In this document: positions 34,577 to 44,039 of the stretch, piece after piece
How the letters are laid out: every line of letters starts with the position of its first letter
How positions within the stretch are numbered: position 1 is the stretch's first letter
Virus record (IMG/VR): IMGVR_UViG_3300037780_000016
Span: 1 to 64,000 of that record
DNA length: 64,000 nt
Strand: one strand, 5' to 3'
Source of the DNA: a virus
Notes under the pieces: model-generated
Databases searched by the model: none
Seen by the model: the letters and a program-made list of their open reading frames with translations, nothing else
Told to the model about the DNA's origin: nothing
Translations under genes and position numbers: made by a program

Positions 34577-35510
34577 TTTCGACGACGCCTATGTGGCTCA
34601 AACGGAGGAGGAGTACCACGAGCACTATGTGTCTCGCATGGACCTCCTCCTGACGAACTGGCTCGATAACGACGAACGCCGGAAACTTGACCCCGGGTTC
34701 ACTGGCGGTCTGGAATTCTCCCCGGAAGAGGCGGCTATCGCGGCCAGCCTGACCCAAGCCACCGAAGACGAAGCGGCTCTGGCCCTCTCTCGCTGGGATG
34801 TGGTTGAGCGCCAAGGCATCACCATCGCACGAATGAATGATTTCATCGCTGCGACCAACCGCTCCTTCGAGGACCGAGCCAAGACACTGGAAGACGAGAT
34901 GGAAGCCCTCGCCATGGGCTCCTTTGTTCTGGGCTCCGCGACGCGGACCCGGGCGGTGAAGTTCAGCCTGACCGACCTGCCGATTGTCGGCTCTGTCGTG
35001 AAGGCGTTCTCGTCTCTGGCGACGTGGGCCTTCTCCCGGTTCTTCAACCAGTTCGTGGCCCCCTCCCTCGAAGCGGAAATCCTGAAGGCCATCAACACGG
35101 CTGGTCTGGACAGTCCGGACTTCTCTGAGATCAGGGCTCTTCTGACCAAGCGGTTCCGGTCGTCTCCGTACTGGTTCACCGTGGCCAACAACATCGCCAG
35201 CCGGGCGTATCACTATGGCTATGTGAAGAGCGCCGAAGCTCTGGGCTTCCGGACTGTCACGTACCGGGCGACCATCGACGAGGTCACCTCTGAAATCTGC
35301 CAGTATCTGGACGGCATGGTGTTCCAAGTCGCGACTGTGATCCGGATCGCAGAACGCGCTGCGAACTCCTCCCCCGAAGAGATTATGGAACAGGCCCCCT
35401 TCCGGCCCGCCGAAGACATTGTCGGCAAGACCAACGCTGAGCTGGAACGCATGGGCGTCGTCGTACCTCCCCAACATTTCAACTGCCGGTCCACTCTCGA
35501 AGTGAATTGA
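34563..35510 (+). CDS. head morphogenesis protein (SPP1 gp7/Mu F-like)
   Basis: ATIDEVTSEICQYLDG...VPPQHFNCRSTL. Confidence 0.85.
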   Translation: MCSSNFDDAYVAQTEEEYHEHYVSRMDLLLTNWLDNDERRKLDPGFTGGLEFSPEEAAIAASLTQATEDEAALALSRWDVVERQGITIARMNDFIAATNRSFEDRAKTLEDEMEALAMGSFVLGSATRTRAVKFSLTDLPIVGSVVKAFSSLATWAFSRFFNQFVAPSLEAEILKAINTAGLDSPDFSEIRALLTKRFRSSPYWFTVANNIASRAYHYGYVKSAEALGFRTVTYRATIDEVTSEICQYLDGMVFQVATVIRIAERAANSSPEEIMEQAPFRPAEDIVGKTNAELERMGVVVPPQHFNCRSTLEVN

Positions 35511-35583
35511 ACCCGGGTTCACTGTTGACCCTCGCGCGGGCGTGGAGTAGTTTGCGCTTCATGTTTACGCATCGGGCACGGAC

Positions 35584-36162
35584 ATGACCGAGAAAAAGAC
35601 CACATTTGTACGCATCGCGAATATCGACCACGAGCGTCGCATGGTCTACGGCGTGGTCTACGAGCCCTATGTGCTGGACACCTACGGCGAGATCATGCTG
35701 CCGGAAGACATCGAGAAGATGGCTCACCGGTTCATGCAGCTCCCGGAGCTTCATCGCACCATCGACGTGAACCACGACAATGAGGCGATCAAGGCGCACC
35801 CCATCGAAAGCTGGATCGTTCGCGAGACTGGCGGAGACTACCCCGTCGGCAGTTGGGTACTGGGTGTGAAGATCGACGACCCCTTCATCTGGGAGAAGAT
35901 CAAGTCCGGCGAACTGAATGGTTTCTCGTTCGAAGCCCTTGTCAAAGCCGTCGAAGTTGATATTGAATACGACATCGTCCGCGATCACGTGGGGCAGACC
36001 GAAGAGAACGATGACCATACGCACCTGTTTTTCGTCCAACTGGACGACATCGGACGCGTAGCACGAGGATGGACCTCGGTGGTCAACGGGCACTCCCATA
36101 AAATTCGTCACGGTACGGCGACCGAAAAGACCGATGGTCATGGTCACCGGCTGTTTTTGTAG
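35584..36162 (+). CDS. XkdF-like putative prohead protease
   Basis: VYGVVYEP..DTYGE, IEKMAHRFM, IDVNHD, GSWVLGVK, IKSGELNGFS. Confidence 0.85.
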   Translation: MTEKKTTFVRIANIDHERRMVYGVVYEPYVLDTYGEIMLPEDIEKMAHRFMQLPELHRTIDVNHDNEAIKAHPIESWIVRETGGDYPVGSWVLGVKIDDPFIWEKIKSGELNGFSFEALVKAVEVDIEYDIVRDHVGQTEENDDHTHLFFVQLDDIGRVARGWTSVVNGHSHKIRHGTATEKTDGHGHRLFL

Positions 36163-36177
36163 GAGAGGCTTAGGCCA

Positions 36178-37542
36178 ATGAAGCGCAACGCTATCACCAC
36201 ACGGGCTCGGGTACGGGCTCTCACCGATCCGGAACCGAAGTTCGTGTCGATTGTGAAGGCTGGCGCGAACCAAGTCCCGTTCCTGACTGTCAAGCTGGAC
36301 CCCAGCGCCCTCAAGGAGAACGACATCATGTCCCTGAAAACCGCTCTGGCCGCTAAGGGCCATGACATCGCCGTCCTGAATTTCTCTTCCGACAAGTTTG
36401 ACAGCGAAGCCGCTGTTCAGAAGTGGCTGGAAGAAGGCGGCTACACCGACGTCACGGTCGAAAAGACCGACGCCGGTTTCACCGTGGTCAACAAGACCAC
36501 CGAGTTCGACGGCGAGCCGGAAGAGATCGACACCGATTTCGCTGGCGTCTCCGTTCTGGTCGGCAAGGTCGCTGGCGCTGAAGTCGAAGCTGACGACGAA
36601 GACACCGAGACGGAAGTTGACGGTGGCTCCGCAGTGAAGACCGTCGATGACGAACCCGCTGTCGTCCGCAAGGGCGAAGAAGACGGCGAGGAAGTCCCGG
36701 CTGAAGAGACCATCGTCGAAGACGAAACGGCGGAAGACGCCGCCAAGTCCGAAGACGAGCCGGAAGCCGAAGAGGCTACCGCCGAAGACGAGACCGCCGA
36801 GAAGTCCGACGAGCCGGAAGCGGAAGACACCCCGGAAGTCACGGACGAAGACGTCGAGGTCGCCAAGTCCATCATCGCTGAGACGTCCCGCAAGGGCCTG
36901 TACGACGTGATGAACCTCGCCGAACTGGTCGCGCACTGCCGCTGGGTGGTCGCTGACTTCGAATACTCCGGTATGCCGGAAGACGTGATGGCCGCTCTCA
37001 AGGGCGCTGGTCAGAACCTTCTGGACGTCATGGCTTCTGCCATGGAGATGACGGTCGAAGAGCTGACGGAAGTCTTCCGCAAGGCTCGCGACACCGCTGA
37101 AAAAGGTCAGGGCATCGTGTCCGTGACCGACGTTGAGACCGAAGTGATCTCGACCAGCGACGAAGACAAGGTCGAGGCTGAAGCCGAGACCACCGAGAAA
37201 GCTGACGCGGAGGCCGATGCCGACGCTGATGCTGAAAAGACCCAACCCGCCGACGACGAAGTCGCCGCGCTGAAAGCTCAGGTCGAAGCCCTTACGGCCA
37301 AGATCGACGAGCTGACCGCCGCCGACGACGCCGACGATGGCGAGGGCGACGCCAGCACCACCGCCGAGAAGGCAGAGGAGCAGGATGACGGTCGGGAAGA
37401 CATTGCTCGTTCCCGGAATGGTGCAGACATCGACGAAGATGATGAAGGCAGTGAAGAGGAAGCGAAACGTGCTGAAGCTCGCAAGTCGAGCGATGAGCTG
37501 CGTATTCGCGGTTTCCTCGGACGGTCGAAGCCTCTTCGTTAA
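36178..37542 (+). CDS. putative capsid scaffolding protein
   Basis: Very acidic, between protease and capsid genes. Confidence 0.65.
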   Translation: MKRNAITTRARVRALTDPEPKFVSIVKAGANQVPFLTVKLDPSALKENDIMSLKTALAAKGHDIAVLNFSSDKFDSEAAVQKWLEEGGYTDVTVEKTDAGFTVVNKTTEFDGEPEEIDTDFAGVSVLVGKVAGAEVEADDEDTETEVDGGSAVKTVDDEPAVVRKGEEDGEEVPAEETIVEDETAEDAAKSEDEPEAEEATAEDETAEKSDEPEAEDTPEVTDEDVEVAKSIIAETSRKGLYDVMNLAELVAHCRWVVADFEYSGMPEDVMAALKGAGQNLLDVMASAMEMTVEELTEVFRKARDTAEKGQGIVSVTDVETEVISTSDEDKVEAEAETTEKADAEADADADAEKTQPADDEVAALKAQVEALTAKIDELTAADDADDGEGDASTTAEKAEEQDDGREDIARSRNGADIDEDDEGSEEEAKRAEARKSSDELRIRGFLGRSKPLR

Positions 37543-37591
37543 GCGGCAGCACCCCACCTCAACTTTCGACGACTAGGAAAGGAACACCACA

Positions 37592-38533
37592 ATGTCGAAG
37601 GAACTCTCCCAACGCGCCGACCTCGCCCTGTCCAACCTGACGGCGGACGGTGGCCTTCTGGATGCGGAACAGAACGACACGTTCATCCGCAAGCTCATCG
37701 ACCAGCCGACCCTGCTGAACGCGGTTCGTACGGTTCCGATGAACACCCCGGATGCGAAGATCAACAAGATCGGCTTCGGCTCTCGTATCCTGAAAGCGGC
37801 TTCGCAGGGCTCGTCTCCGTTCGCGGCTGACGACGGCACCAACGACCGTTATCTGGCCGCTGCTGATCGCAGCAAGCCGACGACCGAGCAGCTCTCCATG
37901 AGCACGCAGGAAGTCATCGCGGAAATTCGTATCCCGTACGAAGTCTTCGAGGACAACATCGAGCGTGACAATCTGGAAGACACCATCCTCGCGCTCATCG
38001 CTGAGCGTGCGGCTCTGGACCTCGAAGAGCTGTTCATCCTCGGTGACACCGCTTCCGGCGACGCCTACCTCGCCCTGCACGACGGTATCCTGAAGCGTAT
38101 CACGACCAACGTCGTTGACGCCGCTTCCGGCACCATCGACGCTCCGAAGTTCAACGCCCTGCGCAAGGCTGTTCCGACCCGCTATCGCCGGAACATCAAC
38201 GCGTACCGTTACTTCTCGCACCCGGACATCGAGAGCGATTACCGCCTCGCCGTGTCCCAGCGTGGCACCGACCTCGGTGATGCTGTCCTGACGGGCAACC
38301 AGCCGCTGCCGGTTCTGGGCTCCCGCCTCGAAGGTGTGGCTCTGATGCCGTCTGCGAACCTCGTGTTCACGGACCCGCAGAACCTGATCTTCGGCGTTCA
38401 GCGCAACGTGCGCATCGAACAGGACCGCGACATCCGTTCGCGTGAGGTCATCATCGTCCTCACCGCTCGCGTGGCGATCCAGATCGAAGAAGAAGCGGCT
38501 TGCTCCAAGCTGATCAATCTGACTTCTGCTTAA
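37592..38533 (+). CDS. major capsid protein
   Basis: GGLLDAEQNDTFI, EDNIERDNLEDTI, DLEELFILGD; position and codon bias. Confidence 0.88.
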   Translation: MSKELSQRADLALSNLTADGGLLDAEQNDTFIRKLIDQPTLLNAVRTVPMNTPDAKINKIGFGSRILKAASQGSSPFAADDGTNDRYLAAADRSKPTTEQLSMSTQEVIAEIRIPYEVFEDNIERDNLEDTILALIAERAALDLEELFILGDTASGDAYLALHDGILKRITTNVVDAASGTIDAPKFNALRKAVPTRYRRNINAYRYFSHPDIESDYRLAVSQRGTDLGDAVLTGNQPLPVLGSRLEGVALMPSANLVFTDPQNLIFGVQRNVRIEQDRDIRSREVIIVLTARVAIQIEEEAACSKLINLTSA

Positions 38534-38615
38534 TCGAACTCCGGTGATGGGGGAGCCTAACGGCTCCTCCTGAACCCGGGTTCAAACTGGGAACTTCGAG
38601 AGAAGGATAAGGACC

Positions 38616-39320
38616 ATGAAAAATGTGAAGCTCACCGCTTCTCCGGTGCACAGCGCTGTCAAGCAAGGCACGACTGAGGACGTTCTCGTCGCTCTCGCTC
38701 GTTCCCACGCTCGCGTGCAGGCTGCCGGTGTTGCGGACCTGACCAACAGCTCCGGTGGTTCCGGCACTGCGGTCAACCTCGTCGAAACGGCCTTCGCGAA
38801 CGAAGCCGCTTCTGGCTCCTCTCTGGCTGGTGAAGCTACGGTCGAAGCGGCCAACGCCAAGCTCGCCAACGCTGTTGCCACTCTGGCTGCCAAGGCGAAT
38901 GCAGCGGCTGCTGCGATTGGCGTCTCTGCTCTGACCGACAACTCCGGCGGCACGTCTGGTGGCGATACGCTGGCTGCGGTTGATCAGTCTGTCACGGGTG
39001 CCGCTACCGGCGCTCAGGCCACTCAGGCGAACGTCACGCGTCTGGCTGTCAACAACGCCCTCTATGAGGTCGCTGTGAAGGTCAACGAACTGGCTGTCGC
39101 TACCGGTCATGACGTGCTGGTCGTGGACAACTCCGACGGCTACGCTGCCGACGGCACCATCGCTGTCATCGCTACCGATGCTGGCACGGTTGCTGACCCG
39201 GGCGTGGGCAAGGCTGAGTTCGACGCCGCTCTGGTCATCTGGGCCAACACCATCGACGCCATTGCTGACAAGCTGGCAACCATCGTTTCTACGTCGGCCC
39301 CGCTGGTCGTCGTCGAATAA
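38616..39320 (+). CDS. putative head decoration/fibre protein
   Basis: Ala-rich, internal repeat LT(N/D)(S/N)SGG; follows capsid gene. Confidence 0.55.
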   Translation: MKNVKLTASPVHSAVKQGTTEDVLVALARSHARVQAAGVADLTNSSGGSGTAVNLVETAFANEAASGSSLAGEATVEAANAKLANAVATLAAKANAAAAAIGVSALTDNSGGTSGGDTLAAVDQSVTGAATGAQATQANVTRLAVNNALYEVAVKVNELAVATGHDVLVVDNSDGYAADGTIAVIATDAGTVADPGVGKAEFDAALVIWANTIDAIADKLATIVSTSAPLVVVE

Positions 39321-39356
39321 TCAACACTCACATCACAGGCAGTTTAGGAACAACCC

Positions 39357-39785
39357 ATGACTGACAAGCAGCCTCAAGAAACGAAGCAAGAAGAAGCTCT
39401 CTACGCGGTCCTGAACCGTGGTCGCGTTTACAGCTTTCTCGGTGAGCCGCGTATGGACTTCTTCTTCCTTCAGCCGGTGAAAGTCACCGACGACACCGCC
39501 GACTATCTCGACGAGCACGCCACCGACGTCGTCACTGTCGGCAATGAAGAAGACGGCGTCTCTGAGACCCGGGCCAAGTTCGAGTTCTTCACGTCCCTCA
39601 AGGCCGCGAATGACTTCTGTGCCCAGCGTCTTCGCAAACTGAAACTTCGCCCTGAAGACTTCATGGGCGTTGAGACCGAAGAGAGTGATGCTCCGGCGAA
39701 GGGTACGGCACGTGCCCGGGCTCGCTCTGATACTGGCAAGACCGCCGCTCGCGCACGTCCTCGCGGTCGCGCACGGGCTCGCTAA
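39357..39785 (+). CDS. hypothetical protein with (RA)n C-terminal tail
   Basis: Ends ARARPRGRARAR. Confidence 0.7.
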   Translation: MTDKQPQETKQEEALYAVLNRGRVYSFLGEPRMDFFFLQPVKVTDDTADYLDEHATDVVTVGNEEDGVSETRAKFEFFTSLKAANDFCAQRLRKLKLRPEDFMGVETEESDAPAKGTARARARSDTGKTAARARPRGRARAR

Positions 39786-39805
39786 TTCCACCGGATGGTG
39801 GTAGG

Positions 39806-39844
39806 AAGGGGCACGGTCCATACCCGGGCCGTGCCTTTTTTCTT
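39806..39844 (+). terminator. intrinsic terminator
   Basis: GGCACGGTCC-loop-GGGCCGTGCC then TTTTTT. Confidence 0.7.
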
Positions 39845-39855
39845 AGGAGGACGTG

Positions 39856-40563
39856 ATGACTGCTCTGATCAATCTTGACACGGCCAAGGCTCTCATGCCG
39901 ATCCGTGCCAACGACAATTCGCAGGACGACCTGCTGAAGTCCCTGATCGAAATCGCGTCCAACCAGTTGGAGCGGTACTGCCGCCGCTCGTTCGCCTCCC
40001 AAGAATACACCGAGCTGTTCCACACGCAGGACACTCGCACGACGCGCTACAACGTCGCTGGAAGCGTTGGCTATCAGGCCGCGACCCGGGTGGAAGGGCA
40101 AGCACGCTCATTCTTCCTGAAGGGCTGGCCGGTTGCCACTTCCCCGGCGATCACGGTCAATTACGACCCCCGCCGAGATTTCAACGCCCAGACCCTGCTG
40201 AACGTGGCGGACAAGGGCTACTACCTCGAAGCTGACGACGGCATCCTGAACCTGTATATCGCGACCGCAAAGGGCGCGGACTTCCTGAAGGTGGTCTACA
40301 CGGCGGGCTTTGCCTCTCAGGACGACAGTGGCTTCACGAACCTGAACGACGCAGTGGTCGCCAGCGCTCCGGCTCTGGCTGAAGCCTGTGCCCGTCAGGT
40401 CGCCTTCCTGTACAAGACCCGGGCCATCGAGAATATCGGCACCGGTCAAGATCGCACCTCCAAGGGTGAGGACAATGCCGTCGATCTGATGGGCACCGAT
40501 CTCGCCAACGAAGCCGCCGCGATGGTCCGCCATCTGGTTCGGCCCCTGCACGGAAAGGGCTAA
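39856..40563 (+). CDS. head-tail adaptor
   Basis: DDLLKSLIEIASNQLERYCRRSF, VVYTAGF. Confidence 0.75.
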   Translation: MTALINLDTAKALMPIRANDNSQDDLLKSLIEIASNQLERYCRRSFASQEYTELFHTQDTRTTRYNVAGSVGYQAATRVEGQARSFFLKGWPVATSPAITVNYDPRRDFNAQTLLNVADKGYYLEADDGILNLYIATAKGADFLKVVYTAGFASQDDSGFTNLNDAVVASAPALAEACARQVAFLYKTRAIENIGTGQDRTSKGEDNAVDLMGTDLANEAAAMVRHLVRPLHGKG

Positions 40564-41270
40564 TGTCGAACCGTCCTGACTATATCAAGGTCCGGGCATT
40601 CGGACGCGACTTCGAGGATATCTTCTCCGCAATGGCCTATTGGGTCACGTGGATGTTCGGATACCAGAAGCGCTACATGAAGGAGTATGAGCGCGGGGCC
40701 AAAAAGGCGATGAACACCGTCTACAAGGAGATGCGCAACCTGCACAGCTCCAAGTGGAACGGCCAGACCGTCAACCCGACCGACCGCCTTCAGAAACGTT
40801 CCGGCAAGGGCCTGAAGTCTATCGGCGACAGCCGGTATTTCGCGTACACCTCTGGCAAGGGCGCGACAGGGCGGAACTACGGCCAGAACCAATTCACCGA
40901 GTTTGGCATGTCCACGGGGACCATGAGCATCCACGAGACTGGCGGAGTGATCACCCCCCGCCGGTCGAAGTATTTGACGGTGCCCCTCCCCGCCGCCCTG
41001 AACCGGGACGGCACCCCGAAGAAAAAGTCCGCCCGCAAGTGGAAGAATACGTTCGTGATCAAGTCCAAGAAGGGCAACCTGATCATCATGCAAAACCGGG
41101 GACGCGGTAAGAAGCCGGTCCCGCTGTACGTCCTGAAGCCGTCGGTCCGCATTCGTCCCCGTCTGGGTATGAACAACGCGTGGGACCGGCATGTTGGCCT
41201 GTTCCTCTCCAAGTGGGGAAAGAAGGTCGCCGACACTATTGAGAGAGGCCCGTCGGGTTCCTCCGCGTGA
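40563..41270 (+). CDS. neck/virion morphogenesis protein
   Basis: Basic; IHETGGVITPRRSKYLTVP, VRIRPR. Confidence 0.65.
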   Translation: MSNRPDYIKVRAFGRDFEDIFSAMAYWVTWMFGYQKRYMKEYERGAKKAMNTVYKEMRNLHSSKWNGQTVNPTDRLQKRSGKGLKSIGDSRYFAYTSGKGATGRNYGQNQFTEFGMSTGTMSIHETGGVITPRRSKYLTVPLPAALNRDGTPKKKSARKWKNTFVIKSKKGNLIIMQNRGRGKKPVPLYVLKPSVRIRPRLGMNNAWDRHVGLFLSKWGKKVADTIERGPSGSSA

Positions 41271-41288
41271 ACCCGGGTGCAATAAGCC

Positions 41289-41753
41289 ATGCCGATCCAA
41301 GATGAGACAGTACGCCAAGCCATCGTTCAGAACCTGATCGACCGCTTCGAGGCGTATCAGGTGGACAGTACGACGTACTGGAACCACGTCACCAACGACG
41401 ATATCGAAGATCACGCCCTCTCGCAGCGGGATACCCGTGCGGTGGCGATCATCGACGTGGGCGAGCAGAAGGACTTGGAAGTCCAGCACTATCGCTCGAA
41501 CCTCCGGGTGGACATCGAGTTCGAAGCCCGGGCGTACACGGGTGAACCCATCCGTGAACAGTGCCGCGATATCCTCAAACACGTCCAGTTCCTGATTGCT
41601 CAGGACGTGTATTGCGGTGGAAACAGTTTGAATGTTATAGAGGTCGGGAACGAGTTTGACGTGGAGACGTCGGACGACGTGATTATTCGTGGCATCGTGC
41701 AGTACGTAGTCACCTATCGCCATCAAGTTTCCGATCCCACTCGGATCAACTAA
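41289..41753 (+). CDS. putative tail terminator
   Basis: Size, acidity, position before tail tube gene. Confidence 0.55.
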   Translation: MPIQDETVRQAIVQNLIDRFEAYQVDSTTYWNHVTNDDIEDHALSQRDTRAVAIIDVGEQKDLEVQHYRSNLRVDIEFEARAYTGEPIREQCRDILKHVQFLIAQDVYCGGNSLNVIEVGNEFDVETSDDVIIRGIVQYVVTYRHQVSDPTRIN

Positions 41754-41769
41754 GTAGGAGACCGCCAAA

Positions 41770-42987
41770 ATGAGCCTCATGACCTCGAAGGCCGTTCTGC
41801 TCGCCAAGCACGAAGTGACCCCCGGCACGGCGGTCGCTCTGGATGCCGCCGCAGACGCCGCCCTTGTGGGAGAACCGGAATACTCCGTGGACCCGCAAGT
41901 TCTGGAACGCAACTTTTCCCGGGACACCTTCTCCCCGCTGGAACACAAGATGGGTCGCATCCTCGGTTCCATGTCTTTCCAGCATGAAATCCGGGGCAAC
42001 TCGCCGATGCTTCGCCGCCTGCTCGCGGCCTGTGGCATGGTCGAGACGACCCTGACCGGCAACGACATGGTTCGTGCCGTCAACCCGGGTCCGGACAACG
42101 TCAACTCTATCACGTGGGCGAAAGGTGGCACCGCCGCCGTTTCCAGCCCGGTCCTGTACACTCTGACGGTGACTGACACTGACGAGCTGACGATCACGAA
42201 CAACAACCCGACCGAAGATGATCTGTCCACACCGCAGGTCACCGGTTCCATCGTGTCTGGTACGACCGCTGTCGCCCTCGGCGGCTCCGGCGCTACCCTG
42301 ACCCCGACCGGCACCTTCAACACCGGGGACAGCTTCACCGTTCTGGTGGTCCCGGCTAACACGAAGGGCTTCGCTCCGACGTCTGTTCTGGCCAACATGA
42401 AGACCATGACCATGGCTCTGAACCGTGATGGCCTGAAGTTCGGTCTGGTCAACGCTCAGGGCACCGTGTCGATCACGGGTGAGGCCGGTGGTTACGCCAT
42501 CGCCAACTTCACCTTCACTGGTCAGCACCAGACGGTCGTCGATCAGGCGTTCCCGAATGCGACCTATGAGCAGGGCCTCCCGCCGTGCGTCGAGCAGTCG
42601 CTCCTGACGTGGGGTTCCAGCACCAGCCTGATCGCGGCTGGCTTCGAACTGGACCTCGCCAACTCCATCGCACCGCGCCCGGACGTCAACTCCGCTCAGG
42701 GCTACAACGGTGTTCGCATCAACGGTCGCACGCCGACCGGCTCCTTCTCTCCGGAAGCGACGCTGGAAGGCACCAACCCGTTCTGGGGTGACTTCGAGGC
42801 TGCCAAGTCTCGCAGCTTCTTCAGTCGTGTCGGTACGTCGGCGGGCAACATGGTGGCGTTCTACGCTCCCAAGGCCCAGTCCTCCGGCCTCACTCCGGGT
42901 GACCGCGACAACATCATGACCTACGACGTGGCGTTCGGCCTGAAGGGCTTCAACGGTGACGACGAGGTCGAAATCCTCTTCATGTAA
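41770..42987 (+). CDS. major tail (tube) protein
   Basis: Thr/Gly-rich, position before chaperone and tape measure. Confidence 0.75.
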   Translation: MSLMTSKAVLLAKHEVTPGTAVALDAAADAALVGEPEYSVDPQVLERNFSRDTFSPLEHKMGRILGSMSFQHEIRGNSPMLRRLLAACGMVETTLTGNDMVRAVNPGPDNVNSITWAKGGTAAVSSPVLYTLTVTDTDELTITNNNPTEDDLSTPQVTGSIVSGTTAVALGGSGATLTPTGTFNTGDSFTVLVVPANTKGFAPTSVLANMKTMTMALNRDGLKFGLVNAQGTVSITGEAGGYAIANFTFTGQHQTVVDQAFPNATYEQGLPPCVEQSLLTWGSSTSLIAAGFELDLANSIAPRPDVNSAQGYNGVRINGRTPTGSFSPEATLEGTNPFWGDFEAAKSRSFFSRVGTSAGNMVAFYAPKAQSSGLTPGDRDNIMTYDVAFGLKGFNGDDEVEILFM

Positions 42988-42997
42988 GGAACTCAAC

Positions 42998-43180
42998 ATG
43001 TCGAGCAGTAAGAAGAGCATGACCGTGAAGACATATGTGGTCTTGCAGCGCGACAACATTCGGGGCACTGAGAGCGTCATCGCGGTCAAACTGACCGCAG
43101 ACGCCGCCCAGAAGATTGTTGACAAGACCCCGGGAACGCGTGTGCAGAAGTTTATCGCCGATAAGCTCCCCCACGCGTGA
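42998..43180 (+). CDS. small hypothetical protein
   Basis: AAGGA RBS, 60 aa. Confidence 0.6.
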   Translation: MSSSKKSMTVKTYVVLQRDNIRGTESVIAVKLTADAAQKIVDKTPGTRVQKFIADKLPHA

Positions 43181-43223
43181 ACCCGGGTTCACCCTTAGAG
43201 CCAGCAGCAGGAGAAAAGCAGTT

Positions 43224-43670
43224 ATGGCCATTCGTACCCTCAGCCTCAAAGCTATCGAGAAGTTCACCCCGTCGAGCGACCCGGACAAGGGCAAGCCCGG
43301 CGCTACGGTGTTTCACCTTCGCACCCTCCCGAGCCGTGTCTTCGGCGCTATTGTGGACGGCTCCATGACGTTCACCGTGGACACCTCCGGACAGGCGGAT
43401 GAGAACGCTGAAGCGTCCTCCCAGATGAACATGAAGCAGGCCAACTACGAGCTGGCCGCGTTCGCCATGGTCGGCTTCGACAACCTCCCGGACCCGGAAG
43501 CGGACGAGGGTTCTCTGACCTTCAAGGACATCGGTTCCAACGTCGGCGGCAAGTCGTATCGCCGTTGCCGTTCGGAAATCATGGACGTGATCCCGGCTGA
43601 CGTGATCGACGAGATCGCCGCGAAAGTCCGTGAGATGAATGGGGTCAGCGAGGAAGAAGAAAAAAACTAA
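43224..43670 (+). CDS. tail assembly chaperone (gpG-like)
   Basis: Ends EEEEKN on slippery A AAA AAC. Confidence 0.75.
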   Translation: MAIRTLSLKAIEKFTPSSDPDKGKPGATVFHLRTLPSRVFGAIVDGSMTFTVDTSGQADENAEASSQMNMKQANYELAAFAMVGFDNLPDPEADEGSLTFKDIGSNVGGKSYRRCRSEIMDVIPADVIDEIAAKVREMNGVSEEEEKN

Positions 43671-44035
43671 TCCTCTGGGTTCTCGGTCTCGAACTCCTCC
43701 CGGATAGAGACTGCGCTACGTGCACCTCCGCTAAGCAGAAAAAGTGGGGGTGCCACGAGCCCATCGAGAACCCAACGGATGGCTTCACAATTCCGGGCGG
43801 AAAGCGTATACCGGTATCGCGGTGCCCGCTCCGTCCGAATTATGAAGACCCGGAGAAGGCCGAGGAGCTATTCTGGCTCTACGCGCAGTTCGAGAAAGGC
43901 AACCTACCTGAAGACGGTGGACTTTCCGAGCAGCCTGCAAAGCTCATGAAGGTGTTTCGCGTGATCGCACGAGCGAGATCGTGGGCAGCGGAAGAGAAGA
44001 AAAAGCGGGAAGATCGGAAACGGAAGCGACAGTAG
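43661..44035 (+). CDS. tail assembly chaperone gpT part, reached by -1 frameshift
   Basis: -1 frame open 43667-44035 without its own upstream start; LPEDGGLSEQPA. Confidence 0.75.
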   Translation, partial: KKLILWVLGLELLPDRDCATCTSAKQKKWGCHEPIENPTDGFTIPGGKRIPVSRCPLRPNYEDPEKAEELFWLYAQFEKGNLPEDGGLSEQPAKLMKVFRVIARARSWAAEEKKKREDRKRKRQ

Positions 44036-44039
44036 GGCC

